NCBI GenBank assembly: GCA_964568425.1 | Contig: CAZMPO010000004.1 | Span: 29,426 to 93,425, forward strand | Length of the DNA stretch: 64,000 bases | Reading direction: 5' to 3' | Source: an uncultured Lachnospiraceae bacterium | Lineage (GTDB): Bacteria > Bacillota > Clostridia > Oscillospirales > CAG-272 | Shown here: positions 50,204 to 60,274 of the stretch, in pieces | Layout: each line of letters starts with the position of its first letter | Numbering within the stretch: position 1 is the first letter of the stretch | Position numbers and translations under genes: made by a program | Notes under the pieces: model-generated | Databases searched by the model: none | Told to the model about the DNA's origin: nothing | Seen by the model: the letters and a program-made list of their open reading frames with translations, nothing else

Positions 50204-51442
50204 ATGGCAACCGACAGAAGGTCTAAATCCCAAAATGCCGATGTATCGCTTGCAAAACCCGACAAAGGTCAAAGACAGCATATCTTCAAGCTGACAAGAG
50301 TGGTCAGAGGTCAGATAGATCGCCCCATGCTCTTTATCATCATTTTCTTCCTTTGCTTCGGCTCTGCGATGGTCTATTCGGCAAGCTACGCGTATGCATT
50401 GTCAAAATACGGAGACAGCGCGCATTTTATAAGAAATCAGCTGCTTTTCGTCGCACTCGGACTTGTCGCTATGGTCGGCATAAGCTTTATTGATTATAAG
50501 CTCATAAAAAAATTCACCCCGGCGATATTTGCTCTGTCGATCATTCTCCTTGTTGCGGTGCTTCTGTTCGGAACGAGAGAGGGCGAGGCGAAACGCTGGC
50601 TCGATCTTAAAATAATATCATTTCAGCCCTCGGAGATAGCAAAGATCTCCATCGTTCTGATCCTCGCGCTCTATTTCGATAAATGTTTTCGGATAATACA
50701 CCAAAAGCACAGATATTTCAAAACGACCCTTTTTTCGACCATTATCCCGGGAATCTTGCTTGCCGTCGTCTGCCTGCTCGTTTTTCTTGAAAAACACGTG
50801 TCGGGAACGATAATCATCGGCTTGATCGGACTGTCTGTCATTTGGGCGGGCGGCGGAAAGAAGGTTTGGTATGCGGCGTTTGTCATTTTGCTTGTCGTCG
50901 GTATAGGCATGGTCGTAATGTTTACCGATGAGGTCGTGTCGTTCCTTCCCGATTATGCACAAAAACGCGTGTACATGTGGCTTTATCCCGAGCAATTCGA
51001 TGTGCAGTCGGATATGTGGCAGACGATCCAAGGTCTTATCGCCGTCGGATCGGGCGGTCTGTTCGGCAGAGGATTCGGCAAATCGCTTCAAAAGCATCTG
51101 TTCGTTTCACAGCCGCAAAATGACTTCATATTCGCCATTGTTTGCGAGGAGCTCGGCTTTGTCGGCGCGCTCTGCGTCATTGCACTCTATATCGCCTTTA
51201 TTTGGCGCGGACTTTATATCGCACGCCGCACACCCGATACATTTTCGGCTGTCACTGCGGTCGGGATAACCATACACGTCGGCATACAGGCATTTTTGAA
51301 CATGATGGTCGTCGCGGCGGTCATCCCGAATACCGGTATAACCCTGCCGTTCTTTTCATACGGCGGATCCTCCCTTGTGATACTTATGGCTGAGATGGGG
51401 ATACTGCTCAGCATTTCGAGATACTCAAGAATCAGTAAATAA
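50204..51442 (+). CDS. ftsW: SEDS peptidoglycan polymerase FtsW/SpoVE
   Basis: AKRW, FQPSEIAK, GSGGLFGRG, NDFIFA..CEELG and PFFSYGGSS. Confidence 0.95.
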   Translation: MATDRRSKSQNADVSLAKPDKGQRQHIFKLTRVVRGQIDRPMLFIIIFFLCFGSAMVYSASYAYALSKYGDSAHFIRNQLLFVALGLVAMVGISFIDYKLIKKFTPAIFALSIILLVAVLLFGTREGEAKRWLDLKIISFQPSEIAKISIVLILALYFDKCFRIIHQKHRYFKTTLFSTIIPGILLAVVCLLVFLEKHVSGTIIIGLIGLSVIWAGGGKKVWYAAFVILLVVGIGMVVMFTDEVVSFLPDYAQKRVYMWLYPEQFDVQSDMWQTIQGLIAVGSGGLFGRGFGKSLQKHLFVSQPQNDFIFAIVCEELGFVGALCVIALYIAFIWRGLYIARRTPDTFSAVTAVGITIHVGIQAFLNMMVVAAVIPNTGITLPFFSYGGSSLVILMAEMGILLSISRYSRISK

Positions 51443-51459
51443 TACGAAAGGCACTTTTT

Positions 51460-52584
51460 ATGAAGGTTGTAATGACAGGCGGCGGTACGGCGGGGCATGT
51501 AAATCCCGCACTCGGTATCGCATCGATCATAAAAGAAAAATTCCCCGATGCCGCGATCGAGTTTATCGGAACAAAGGACAGACTTGAGGCAAAGCTCGTG
51601 CCGAAGGCGGGCTATCCGATACATTTTATCGAGGTTTACGGACTTCGCAGAAGTCTCTCGCTTCAAAACATCAAAACGGCTTGGAAGACGATCACATCGG
51701 TCGCCGCATCCAAAAAGCTGCTTAAAAAGATAAAGCCCGATCTCGTCGTAGGAACGGGTGGCTATGTATGCTTTCCGGTTTGCTATGCCGCCGCAAAGCT
51801 CGGCATTCCGGTCGCGCTTCACGAGGCTAACGCCGAGCCCGGATTTGCGGTAAAAATGCTTAAAAACCGCGCGGATCTCGTTTTTGTCAATTTCGAGGAT
51901 GCGGGTAATTTCCTGAAGGACGGAAGATGCAGGGTGGTTCATTCGGGAATGCCGATAGATCACGGCTTTTCGACGATCGACCGAGAGAGTGCAAAAGATG
52001 CCGTAAAGCTCACACAGGACGAAAAATTCAGCCTTCTTTCGTTCGGAGGCAGTCTCGGTGCGGCAAAGATCAACGAATCGGTGCTTGGCTTTATGCAGTC
52101 ATATCTCACAAAGCATCCCGAGATCGGTTTTACGCATGCCGCAGGGGCAAAGGCGTATCCCGAGATGAAAAAGAAATTTGAAGAACTTGGGCTTGACAAA
52201 TATAAAAACATTTCGCTTGTCGAGTATATCTATGATATGCCGATGCGAATGGTGGCTGCCGATCTTGTTATATGCCGCTCGGGCGCATCAACACTCTCCG
52301 AGCTCTGTGCGGTCGGCGCACCGTCTGTGCTGATCCCTTCTCCGAATGTTACCAACGATCAGCAATATAAAAACGCAAAGCTCCTTGAGGATAGAGGGGC
52401 GGCAGTTGTAATTCGCGATGCCGACCTTGATGCCGCAGGTCTTGAGATGACTGTCGATCGACTTCTCTCTGACGGGACGAGGCTTGATAAGATGCGGCAG
52501 GCGGCATATGATTTTGCCGTGCACGATACCAACAAGACGATCCTCGACGGACTTTTGTCAATAATGAAGGAAAGAAACGAATAA
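51460..52584 (+). CDS. murG: Lipid II GlcNAc transferase
   Basis: GGGTAGHVNP, GTGGYV, GGSLGA and CRSGAST. Confidence 0.97.
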   Translation: MKVVMTGGGTAGHVNPALGIASIIKEKFPDAAIEFIGTKDRLEAKLVPKAGYPIHFIEVYGLRRSLSLQNIKTAWKTITSVAASKKLLKKIKPDLVVGTGGYVCFPVCYAAAKLGIPVALHEANAEPGFAVKMLKNRADLVFVNFEDAGNFLKDGRCRVVHSGMPIDHGFSTIDRESAKDAVKLTQDEKFSLLSFGGSLGAAKINESVLGFMQSYLTKHPEIGFTHAAGAKAYPEMKKKFEELGLDKYKNISLVEYIYDMPMRMVAADLVICRSGASTLSELCAVGAPSVLIPSPNVTNDQQYKNAKLLEDRGAAVVIRDADLDAAGLEMTVDRLLSDGTRLDKMRQAAYDFAVHDTNKTILDGLLSIMKERNE

Positions 52585-52611
52585 CTTCTGAAAAATAAAG
52601 CATAAAGGGCG

Positions 52612-53445
52612 GTGATGACGATGAAAAAGAAAGGCGGCTCGGCGGCAGACGCTCCGCGTGACAGCAGAGTTTTCGGCGATTTCTCCGAGCAAAACAGAGT
52701 CGGACGCACGCTTACGACTGTGTTTGTCGTTGTTGGTGTCATCATTCTGCTCGTCGTTTTTGCCATTATCGCTCTGCGAATGTTCTTCAGCGTTGATACT
52801 ATAATTATCGACGGCGTCGGTCATTACAGCTATGAGCGACTTCTCGAGGTTGCGAGCGTCTCCAAGGGCGAGAGCATATTCACCTTCTCGGAGGATAAGA
52901 TATCGGGAAGACTTGTGTCGACCCTTCCGTATGTTCGATCGGTCGAGGTCGAGCTTGAGTTTCCGTCAACCGTCAGAATGACTATCGAGGAAGAAGTGCC
53001 TGCATATGCATTCGAGATGGATGATGAGTTTTTTCTGATAAACAGCGAAATGAAGGTCCTTGACAGATATCAGAGCCAAAAAGCACTGACCGACGAAAAT
53101 CCCGATGTTATGTTCGTCAAGATCCCGACCGTGGGCAGAGCAGTGTCGGGCGATGTTCTCGCGTTTCGTTCGGAGTTTGACTCAAAGCACACCGATGATG
53201 CCCTTGCCGCACTTATCATATGGGAAAGATATGACCGCATAACCGAGATCGATCTCTCAAACAGATTCGATTTGACGCTCGTTTATGAGGATCGCTTTGT
53301 CCTGAAGCTCGGAACATATGTCGATTTTGCGGACAAGCTCGCACTTGCCGAGAAGATGATCGACTATTACTCGGATACCACGACGGGAACGCTTATCTTA
53401 AGCGATGTCGATAAAGGGGTCGCGCAGATTGACGAAGAAGGTTGA
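52612..53445 (+). CDS. ftsQ: Cell division protein FtsQ/DivIB
   Basis: TM helix plus POTRA-like region (LPYVRSV...FPSTVRMTIEE); upstream of ftsZ. Confidence 0.8.
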   Translation: MMTMKKKGGSAADAPRDSRVFGDFSEQNRVGRTLTTVFVVVGVIILLVVFAIIALRMFFSVDTIIIDGVGHYSYERLLEVASVSKGESIFTFSEDKISGRLVSTLPYVRSVEVELEFPSTVRMTIEEEVPAYAFEMDDEFFLINSEMKVLDRYQSQKALTDENPDVMFVKIPTVGRAVSGDVLAFRSEFDSKHTDDALAALIIWERYDRITEIDLSNRFDLTLVYEDRFVLKLGTYVDFADKLALAEKMIDYYSDTTTGTLILSDVDKGVAQIDEEG

Positions 53446-53589
53446 TATACCTCGAAAATGTAAATAATCCGTTAAAATTACCCTCAAACTATTGCAAATC
53501 GATCGAAAAAATATTATTATATTACATGAGAATTTTTACGATCAGCCAAACGTATATTCGTATCAAAAAATCGGGAGGATTTATAAGAT

Positions 53590-54678
53590 ATGTCACTTGA
53601 AACAATGGAAATGGAAGTAGATTGTTCCACTAAAATTAAGGTAATCGGTGTAGGCGGCGGCGGAAATAACGCCGTTAACCGTATGATCGACGGCGGTGTG
53701 TCCGACGTTCAGTTTATCGCAGTAAACACCGATCGTGCCGCACTTCTCCGCTCAAGAGCCGATGAAAAGGTCGTTATCGGAGAAAAGCTTACAAAGGGAC
53801 AGGGCGCAGGCTCGAACCCCGAGGTAGGTGCCGCTGCGGCAGAGGAAAATATAGAAGAGATCACCGCTGCCATCAAAGGCTCCGACATGGTGTTCATCAC
53901 CGCAGGTATGGGCGGCGGAACAGGAACGGGTGCCGCTCCCGTTGTTGCAAAGATCGCCAAGGAAATGGGCGTTCTCACTGTTGCTGTCGTAACGAAGCCC
54001 TTTAAGTTCGAGCGCGAGAAGAGAATGGCACAGGCAGAGTCGGGTATCGCTGAGCTCAGCAAAAATGTTGATGCTATTATCGTTATCCCCAACGAACGCT
54101 TGAAACAGCTTTCGTCTACCCGCATCACCGTCCTCAACGCATTCGGCGAGGCAGATAACATTCTCAAGCACGGTGTGCAGTCGATCGCCGATCTTGTAAC
54201 CAAAGACGGTCTTATCAATCTCGACTTTGCCGATGTTAAGGCTGTTATGAAGGACGCCGGATATGCACACATGGGTGTAGGCGCGGCTCAGGGCAAGGAT
54301 AAGGCAGAGGTTGCCGCTAAGATGGCAATTTCCAGTCCGCTTCTTGAGACCTCTATCTCGGGTGCAAGAGGCATTCTTGTAAACTTCACCTGCCCGGCTG
54401 ATTTCGCACTGGACGAGCTCGATGTTGCCGCTGATCTCATCACCAACGAGGCACATCCCGACGCAAGAGTCATCATCGGTTACGTAGTTGACGAAAATCT
54501 CGATGACGAGGTTCGCGTTACCGTTATCGCTACCGGATTTGCAAAGAACGATCCTGTCGAGAAGCCCGTTGAGGCTCCCGTATCAAAGCCGAAGATCGAT
54601 GATCTCGCAAAGCCTGTCGACGAGACTCCCAAGGACGACTACGATACTCTCTTTGATATCTTCAATAAAAAGAAGTGA
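53590..54678 (+). CDS. ftsZ: Cell division protein FtsZ
   Basis: [19 protein letters not shown] and NLDFADV. Confidence 0.99.
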   Translation: MSLETMEMEVDCSTKIKVIGVGGGGNNAVNRMIDGGVSDVQFIAVNTDRAALLRSRADEKVVIGEKLTKGQGAGSNPEVGAAAAEENIEEITAAIKGSDMVFITAGMGGGTGTGAAPVVAKIAKEMGVLTVAVVTKPFKFEREKRMAQAESGIAELSKNVDAIIVIPNERLKQLSSTRITVLNAFGEADNILKHGVQSIADLVTKDGLINLDFADVKAVMKDAGYAHMGVGAAQGKDKAEVAAKMAISSPLLETSISGARGILVNFTCPADFALDELDVAADLITNEAHPDARVIIGYVVDENLDDEVRVTVIATGFAKNDPVEKPVEAPVSKPKIDDLAKPVDETPKDDYDTLFDIFNKKK

Positions 54679-54702
54679 TCTCGAATCCATCTCGAGACTT
54701 TT

Positions 54703-54740
54703 CGAAAGAGCGGCTGCCGTTTGAGGTAGCCGCTCTTTCG
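54703..54740 (+). terminator. Hairpin/terminator after ftsZ
   Basis: CGAAAGAGCGGCTGCC-GTTTGA-GGTAGCCGCTCTTTCG. Confidence 0.75.
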
Positions 54741-54772
54741 GGCATATCTTATCGCAAAGGAAAATAAAGTCT

Positions 54773-56488
54773 ATGATAAAAAAATTCGCGAAATATTATA
54801 AGCCGCACATGACGGTGTTCATCGCCGATCTCGTTGCCGCACTGCTTTTGGCACTTGCCGATCTTTTCTATCCGACGATAACGCGCAATATGCTCAATGA
54901 TTACATACCGAACAGAAATATGCGCCTGCTGATAATCTGGTCGTGCGTCGCCGTCGGTATATATATCATCAAAATCGGGCTGAATTACTTCATATCCTAC
55001 TACGGTCACGTTATGGGTGTTCGCATGCAGGCGGATATGCGTCGCGAGGTCTTTTCGCATCTGCAGGACATGCCTTGCAGCTATTTTGACGATAATAAGA
55101 CCGGAACGATAATGTCGCGTATAATCAACGATCTGTTCGACATATCCGAGCTTGCGCACCACGGTCCCGAGGATCTCTTTTTGTCGGTCGTTCTGTTCGT
55201 CTGCTCCTTCGTCTTGATGGCACGGATCAACCTTTGGCTTACTCTTATCGTATTTGCCGCAATACCTGCTTTTTTGGTCTATACAATGAAAAGAAGGCTT
55301 GCGATGAGCAAGGCATTCAAGGAGACCAAGGTCGAGGTCGGTGAGGTCAATGCTGTCCTTGAAAACGCCGTTTCGGGCATTCGTGTGTCAAAGGCTTATA
55401 CCAATAAAGAATACGAGTGTGAGCGATTTGAAAAGTCGAACGCCAGATTCGTCGCGGCGAGAACAAGATCTTATAAGGTCATGGGCGAATTTCAGGCGAT
55501 AACCGCTTTTATGAGCGACTTTCTCAATCTCGTAGTAATGGTCAGTGGCGGCATATTTGTCTATAACGGATGGATAAATGTCGGCGATTTCGCGGGATTT
55601 ATCATCTTTGTCAACGTTTTCATGAACCCGATCAAGAGGCTGATATCATTTGTTGAGCAGTATCAGAACGGAATGACCGGATTTGCCAGATTTTGCGAGA
55701 TAATGAACGTGCCTGCCGAAAAAGAGGAGAAGAATGCACGCATCGTCGGCAAACTTAAAGGTGAAATAGAATTTCATAATGTCAGCTTTGCCTATAACGA
55801 GCATCAAAATGTGCTGACAAATATCGATCTTTTGATCCCGAGCGGCGAGAAGCTTGCGCTCGTCGGTCCGTCGGGCGCGGGAAAAACAACGATATGTAAT
55901 ATAATTCCGAGATTTTACGAAATATCGTCGGGCAGTGTTACCATAGACGGTATAGATATACGATCGATGACGCTCGATTCGCTTCGCGAAAATGTGGGTA
56001 TGGTAGCGCAGGATGTCTTCCTCTTTACGGGCACGGTATATGAAAATATCGCCTACGGTGACCCGTCAGCATCGACCGAAGATGTGTACGCCGCCGCCAA
56101 AAGAGCCAATATACATGATTTTATCATGTCCTTGCCCGACGGCTACGATACCTATGTCGGAGAGCGCGGCGTGAAGCTTTCGGGCGGTCAGAAACAGCGT
56201 ATCTCGATCGCGAGAGCTTTTCTGAAAAATCCCCCCATACTCATTCTCGACGAGGCGACCTCCGCACTTGATAACGCGACCGAGCAGATGATCTCGAAAT
56301 CGCTCGATGAGCTTTGTAAGGGAAGAACAACGCTTGTTGTTGCACATAGACTCTCGACCGTCAAAAATGCCGATGAGATCGTCGTGATCGATGATGAGGG
56401 TATAAAAGAACGCGGATCTCATGCCGCTCTGATGAAGAAAAACGGCATATACGCCGATCTTTATAATTCGCAGTTTGCAGAGTCCTAA
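54773..56488 (+). CDS. ABC exporter, fused permease and ATPase (MsbA/Sav1866-like)
   Basis: GPSGAGKT, LSGGQKQR, LDEATSALD and a six-TM N-terminal domain. Confidence 0.95.
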   Translation: MIKKFAKYYKPHMTVFIADLVAALLLALADLFYPTITRNMLNDYIPNRNMRLLIIWSCVAVGIYIIKIGLNYFISYYGHVMGVRMQADMRREVFSHLQDMPCSYFDDNKTGTIMSRIINDLFDISELAHHGPEDLFLSVVLFVCSFVLMARINLWLTLIVFAAIPAFLVYTMKRRLAMSKAFKETKVEVGEVNAVLENAVSGIRVSKAYTNKEYECERFEKSNARFVAARTRSYKVMGEFQAITAFMSDFLNLVVMVSGGIFVYNGWINVGDFAGFIIFVNVFMNPIKRLISFVEQYQNGMTGFARFCEIMNVPAEKEEKNARIVGKLKGEIEFHNVSFAYNEHQNVLTNIDLLIPSGEKLALVGPSGAGKTTICNIIPRFYEISSGSVTIDGIDIRSMTLDSLRENVGMVAQDVFLFTGTVYENIAYGDPSASTEDVYAAAKRANIHDFIMSLPDGYDTYVGERGVKLSGGQKQRISIARAFLKNPPILILDEATSALDNATEQMISKSLDELCKGRTTLVVAHRLSTVKNADEIVVIDDEGIKERGSHAALMKKNGIYADLYNSQFAES

Positions 56489-56538
56489 AGAAAAACCTTG
56501 CATTTACTCACTTTTTTGAGCAAATGCAAGGTTTCTTT
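56487..56538. terminator. Bidirectional terminator
   Basis: AAACCTTGCATTT...AAATGCAAGGTTT between convergent genes. Confidence 0.85.
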
Positions 56539-56552
56539 GTTGTTTAATGCTG

Positions 56553-59500
56553 TTATTTCTCGACTTTGCAGAATGCGGCAACTGCCCAGTCGGCGTGGTC
56601 GTTGTTGTTACCGGATATCGACGATCCCTCGAATGCACGGAGCTTTATCTCCTTTGCCCCCTCGGGAATGTCGATGTCAAATACGAAATATTGGTATCCG
56701 GGCATCCATGATGTCTCGCCTGCGAGCACACCATCAATGTATATCGAGAAGATGACGCTTCCGGCGCCTTTGACCTCGTCGTCAACACCCGCGACGCTGA
56801 CAAATTTGTTCGCACCCTCGGGAATGGTTATGACGATATCCGATGTCGCGTGAGTGCCGATACCCTTGGAAAAGGTCTTTCCCGCAAGACGCAGTTTGGC
56901 ACCGTCTATCGACCTGTCTTTCTTGATCGATCCCCAGCCGACCGTCGAGCTGACAAATTCCATGTCGGACGCAAACGAGACGACCGTTTCCTCAGACCAA
57001 TATATGAACTGCTTTTCGGTCTCGGCGTAACATTTGCCGTTGTAGACAAGATACGCTTTAAGCGTGATGTAGTAATCTTTCCCCTCGGGGATCTTGAAAT
57101 CCTTTTCGGGGACGGCATCGGCAAAGGATGACTCTTTGCCGTATGAGAAATATATCTCTGGCGTGTCATATCTGTTGGCAGTGTAGACAGCCGACGGCGT
57201 CTCGCCTGCGGTAACGACCGAACAAACATCCTTCGAGAAGGTGACGGTGGGCGTTTCGTAGAAGTTTTGCATGCTTCCCAGATTGTACACCTCGGTGTAA
57301 CCTTGATCGAGAAGCTCGGAGATCGCCTGTACCGATCGCTTTGCCGCCGAGCAGTAAACGACTATCGGCTTGTTTTTGTCGGGCAGAATTGTTGCCGCAT
57401 CTGTCAGCACCTTCGTGTGTTCAAGATTGATCGCGCCGTCAATGTGCTCCTTGGCATATTCCTCGGGTGTTCTCACGTCAAGGAATATCGCACCCGCATT
57501 CTTCAGATCGTGCGCCTTCATCGAACCTATTTCATTGCTTCTTGCCGCACTGAAATTAAAATCGACCGTTTTGAAGGGCGATATCGAGTTGTTCGCACTG
57601 TCCCAATAATATGCATACAGCTGCCCTGCGTAAAGGTTGCTGTCGCTGTATTCGATCTTGTACGCGTGATAGCCCTCGACTACGTCAAGGCTTGTGAAGT
57701 GAATAAGCTTTCCTGCGGTGTCCTTGAACGCGCAAATGATGCTTCCAACAGTGCCTTCCTTTGCAGCGGCATTTATCGTAACATTGTATACACCCTTGCC
57801 GTAAGTGATCGTCGGCTTGGCAATATCTACATCCGACTCGACATTCAGTCCTATTCCCTCAAGATCAAGTCCGACATTCGAGCCGTGTGTCTTGACCGCC
57901 GTCCACTTGACGTAGGCATTCGTCGGTTCTTCACTCGTGTATGTAAATGTTACGAGTTTTGATACCTTGACGCCGTTTTGCCCCTTGACTATCTCCTCTT
58001 TGATCACCTTTCCGCCGATCATAAATTCGATCTTGAAATCGGTTGAGTACGCACCGACGCTGACGGTCAGCGTGCGCTGCTTTTCGTCGCAGGGGGTAGA
58101 AACGATCGCATATCCGTTGTCCTCGGCAGGAACGGTCCTGCCCTCGGAGGTTGCGTGCTTCTTCTTGTTTGTGCCGTCCGTCCACGAATACCTTGTCGCG
58201 GCATTAGTGTAATCACCTGCAAGCGAGCTCGTGAAGACCTTTATCTCGCCGGTAGAGTTGATCTTCTTTTCAACTCCCGATGTGCTGTAATAGAGCCAGT
58301 CGCTGTTTCCGATCTTGTCAAACGAGATAGACCTCGGTCTTGCCGAGACCGTGCATTCGGTTGTTGCCGTGACATCGTCTACCTTGATAAACTCATTGTT
58401 ACCATCGGTCGTGATCTCGACATTCTCGCCGGTCGCCTTAAGGACTGCCGTTCCGTGTGCGGGGATGGTGATCGATATTTCCTCGCTCGCAGGCAGATCG
58501 GTGTGCGACCAGAGATCTCTGACCGAGCTGACATTTTTCAGCCCAAGTTCTTCAAATGAAACAATTACCGACTGCTCCTCGTCCGATCTGTTAAGCAGTG
58601 CGATCGCCTTGGTGCCCGAGCCCGCCGAATATAGATCTCTCGTCCACGCCTCGACAGCTCCGCCCGCAAGCGTTTTTGCAACGGTTGCCTGTATGCACGC
58701 AGTGTCTTGGTCGATCGCAATAAGCTCCTCGTTTGAGATTATCGAAAGAGTTTCGTCCGAGATTCCGTTCAAATCCATTCCGAGGAGAAGGGGGGATGAT
58801 ACCATGCACCACATGGCAAAATGCGACTTGTCCTCCTCATACGACATGCCGTTTCCGATCTGAAGCATGTCAAGATCGTTGTAATGCCCCGGTCCGCAGT
58901 ATTTTCCGAGATTTTTTATGTTGTCGAGCTGTTTTAAGACTGACGTGAAATTGTTTGTGATGTCCGAGCCCGTTCTCCATGAATCGGCAACATCAAGTGC
59001 CCATTCGCCCGGGAATCGCCAACAGCAGATGTTGTAGATGATATCCCTGCCGAGCCTTCCCTCAAGCTCGTTTATGATCTGCCCGATCTCGGTGTAACGT
59101 GTCTGCTGGTTGAGTGAGAGAGCTTGACCGCCGCACCAGTCGATCTTGATAAAATCATAGCCCCATTCGGCAAAATAACGCTCAAGATCCTCGCGATCGT
59201 GACCGTACAGACCGACATCATCATTTTCCTTTTGACCGTCAGCCTGATATCCGCAGGTGAGCCTTCCCGCATCGGTGTAAATACCTGCATTCAGCCCCAT
59301 CGAATGGAGAGTGTCGGCAACATATTTCATACCGTTTGGAAACCGTGTCGGATGTACCGTCACATATCCGTCCTCGCCTCTGCCGTATTGCCAGCCGTCG
59401 TCGATGTTTACATAAGTGTATCCGAGCTTGTCAAGCCCGTACTCTTTTATTCTGTCTGCCTGAGAGAGTATTATCGATTCGCTGATGTCGGCATGATACG

Positions 59501-59636
59501 CATTCCATGATGCCCAGCCCATGATCGGTGTTTTTCTCGTTTCAACCTCGTCTGCCGATGCCGAAACGCCGCCGATCGCGGCACTCGCAAGCAGTGTCGC
59601 CGCCGTCAGCGATAATGATACGATCTTTTTTAACAT
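56553..59636 (-). CDS. Secreted GH27 alpha-galactosidase-like enzyme with internal rhodanese domain and C-terminal NPCBM (CBM51-like) module
   Basis: Signal peptide; TPIMGWASWN, VNIDDGW, FIKIDWC, SWRTGSDI, NDLDML. Rhodanese: LDVRTPEEY..HIDGAIN...VYCSAAKRS. NPCBM: GWG....DRSIDG..KGIGTHA...DHADWA. Confidence 0.9.
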   Translation of the reverse strand: MLKKIVSLSLTAATLLASAAIGGVSASADEVETRKTPIMGWASWNAYHADISESIILSQADRIKEYGLDKLGYTYVNIDDGWQYGRGEDGYVTVHPTRFPNGMKYVADTLHSMGLNAGIYTDAGRLTCGYQADGQKENDDVGLYGHDREDLERYFAEWGYDFIKIDWCGGQALSLNQQTRYTEIGQIINELEGRLGRDIIYNICCWRFPGEWALDVADSWRTGSDITNNFTSVLKQLDNIKNLGKYCGPGHYNDLDMLQIGNGMSYEEDKSHFAMWCMVSSPLLLGMDLNGISDETLSIISNEELIAIDQDTACIQATVAKTLAGGAVEAWTRDLYSAGSGTKAIALLNRSDEEQSVIVSFEELGLKNVSSVRDLWSHTDLPASEEISITIPAHGTAVLKATGENVEITTDGNNEFIKVDDVTATTECTVSARPRSISFDKIGNSDWLYYSTSGVEKKINSTGEIKVFTSSLAGDYTNAATRYSWTDGTNKKKHATSEGRTVPAEDNGYAIVSTPCDEKQRTLTVSVGAYSTDFKIEFMIGGKVIKEEIVKGQNGVKVSKLVTFTYTSEEPTNAYVKWTAVKTHGSNVGLDLEGIGLNVESDVDIAKPTITYGKGVYNVTINAAAKEGTVGSIICAFKDTAGKLIHFTSLDVVEGYHAYKIEYSDSNLYAGQLYAYYWDSANNSISPFKTVDFNFSAARSNEIGSMKAHDLKNAGAIFLDVRTPEEYAKEHIDGAINLEHTKVLTDAATILPDKNKPIVVYCSAAKRSVQAISELLDQGYTEVYNLGSMQNFYETPTVTFSKDVCSVVTAGETPSAVYTANRYDTPEIYFSYGKESSFADAVPEKDFKIPEGKDYYITLKAYLVYNGKCYAETEKQFIYWSEETVVSFASDMEFVSSTVGWGSIKKDRSIDGAKLRLAGKTFSKGIGTHATSDIVITIPEGANKFVSVAGVDDEVKGAGSVIFSIYIDGVLAGETSWMPGYQYFVFDIDIPEGAKEIKLRAFEGSSISGNNNDHADWAVAAFCKVEK

Positions 59637-59670
59637 GTTTATCTTTTCCTTTCACCTTGTAGGTAATATA

Positions 59671-60066
59671 TCAGCCTGCGGCAGGGATCTCCTCGCGACG
59701 CACACCGTTTGTACCGGTCAGTATGAGATAGAGTGTTCCGTCGAAGTCCAGTGAGAGCGTTGTCGATGCCCGACCGTTTTCGTCGAGCGTTACCTCTCCG
59801 ATGTCGTATACCATGTCCGGATGAGCCCTCCAATCGCTCTCGATCGAAAGGTCGCTTATAACAAGCAGTGTGAGCGTGTTATTTGCCTCACTTGGGAGAT
59901 GTATCTTTAATTCTCCGATGTCGTCGTCCCTTTTTATGTCGATGTCCTTTTCGACAGGCGCGGCAGTCGTTTGCGCCCCGGTCGTCTCAATGCCCCCTTT
60001 GTCGCCACTGCAGGCGGGGAGCATGACAAGAGACGCAAGAAGCAGTAGTGTGATCAGCTTTTTCAT
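59671..60066 (-). CDS. Small lipoprotein, unknown function
   Basis: GAAGGAG RBS; MKKLITLLLLASLVMLPAC lipobox; Thr-rich linker and a beta-rich domain. Confidence 0.8.
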   Translation of the reverse strand: MKKLITLLLLASLVMLPACSGDKGGIETTGAQTTAAPVEKDIDIKRDDDIGELKIHLPSEANNTLTLLVISDLSIESDWRAHPDMVYDIGEVTLDENGRASTTLSLDFDGTLYLILTGTNGVRREEIPAAG

Positions 60067-60128
60067 CATTTCTCCTTCAAAATGCTTATGTGTCATCGAA
60101 TTTTCGCATGCCTTGGATGCTGTCATAC

Positions 60129-60238
60129 ATTATAACAAAAATAGGGCAAAAAATCAATAGCTTACGATCAAAACCATGAGAATATTTGTTGGAAAATTCG
60201 AGCTTTATGTTGACAATTTGCGCAATATGTGATAGAAT
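60129..60238. promoter_or_regulatory. Divergent sigma-A promoters
   Basis: Minus strand TTGATT-17-TATAAT (60157-60129). Plus strand TTGACA-17-TAGAAT (60210-60238) with a TTGCGCAA palindrome in the spacer. Confidence 0.75.
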
Positions 60239-60274
60239 GTATCCGTAAGCTAAGATAGCGGAAAGGATCTTGTT

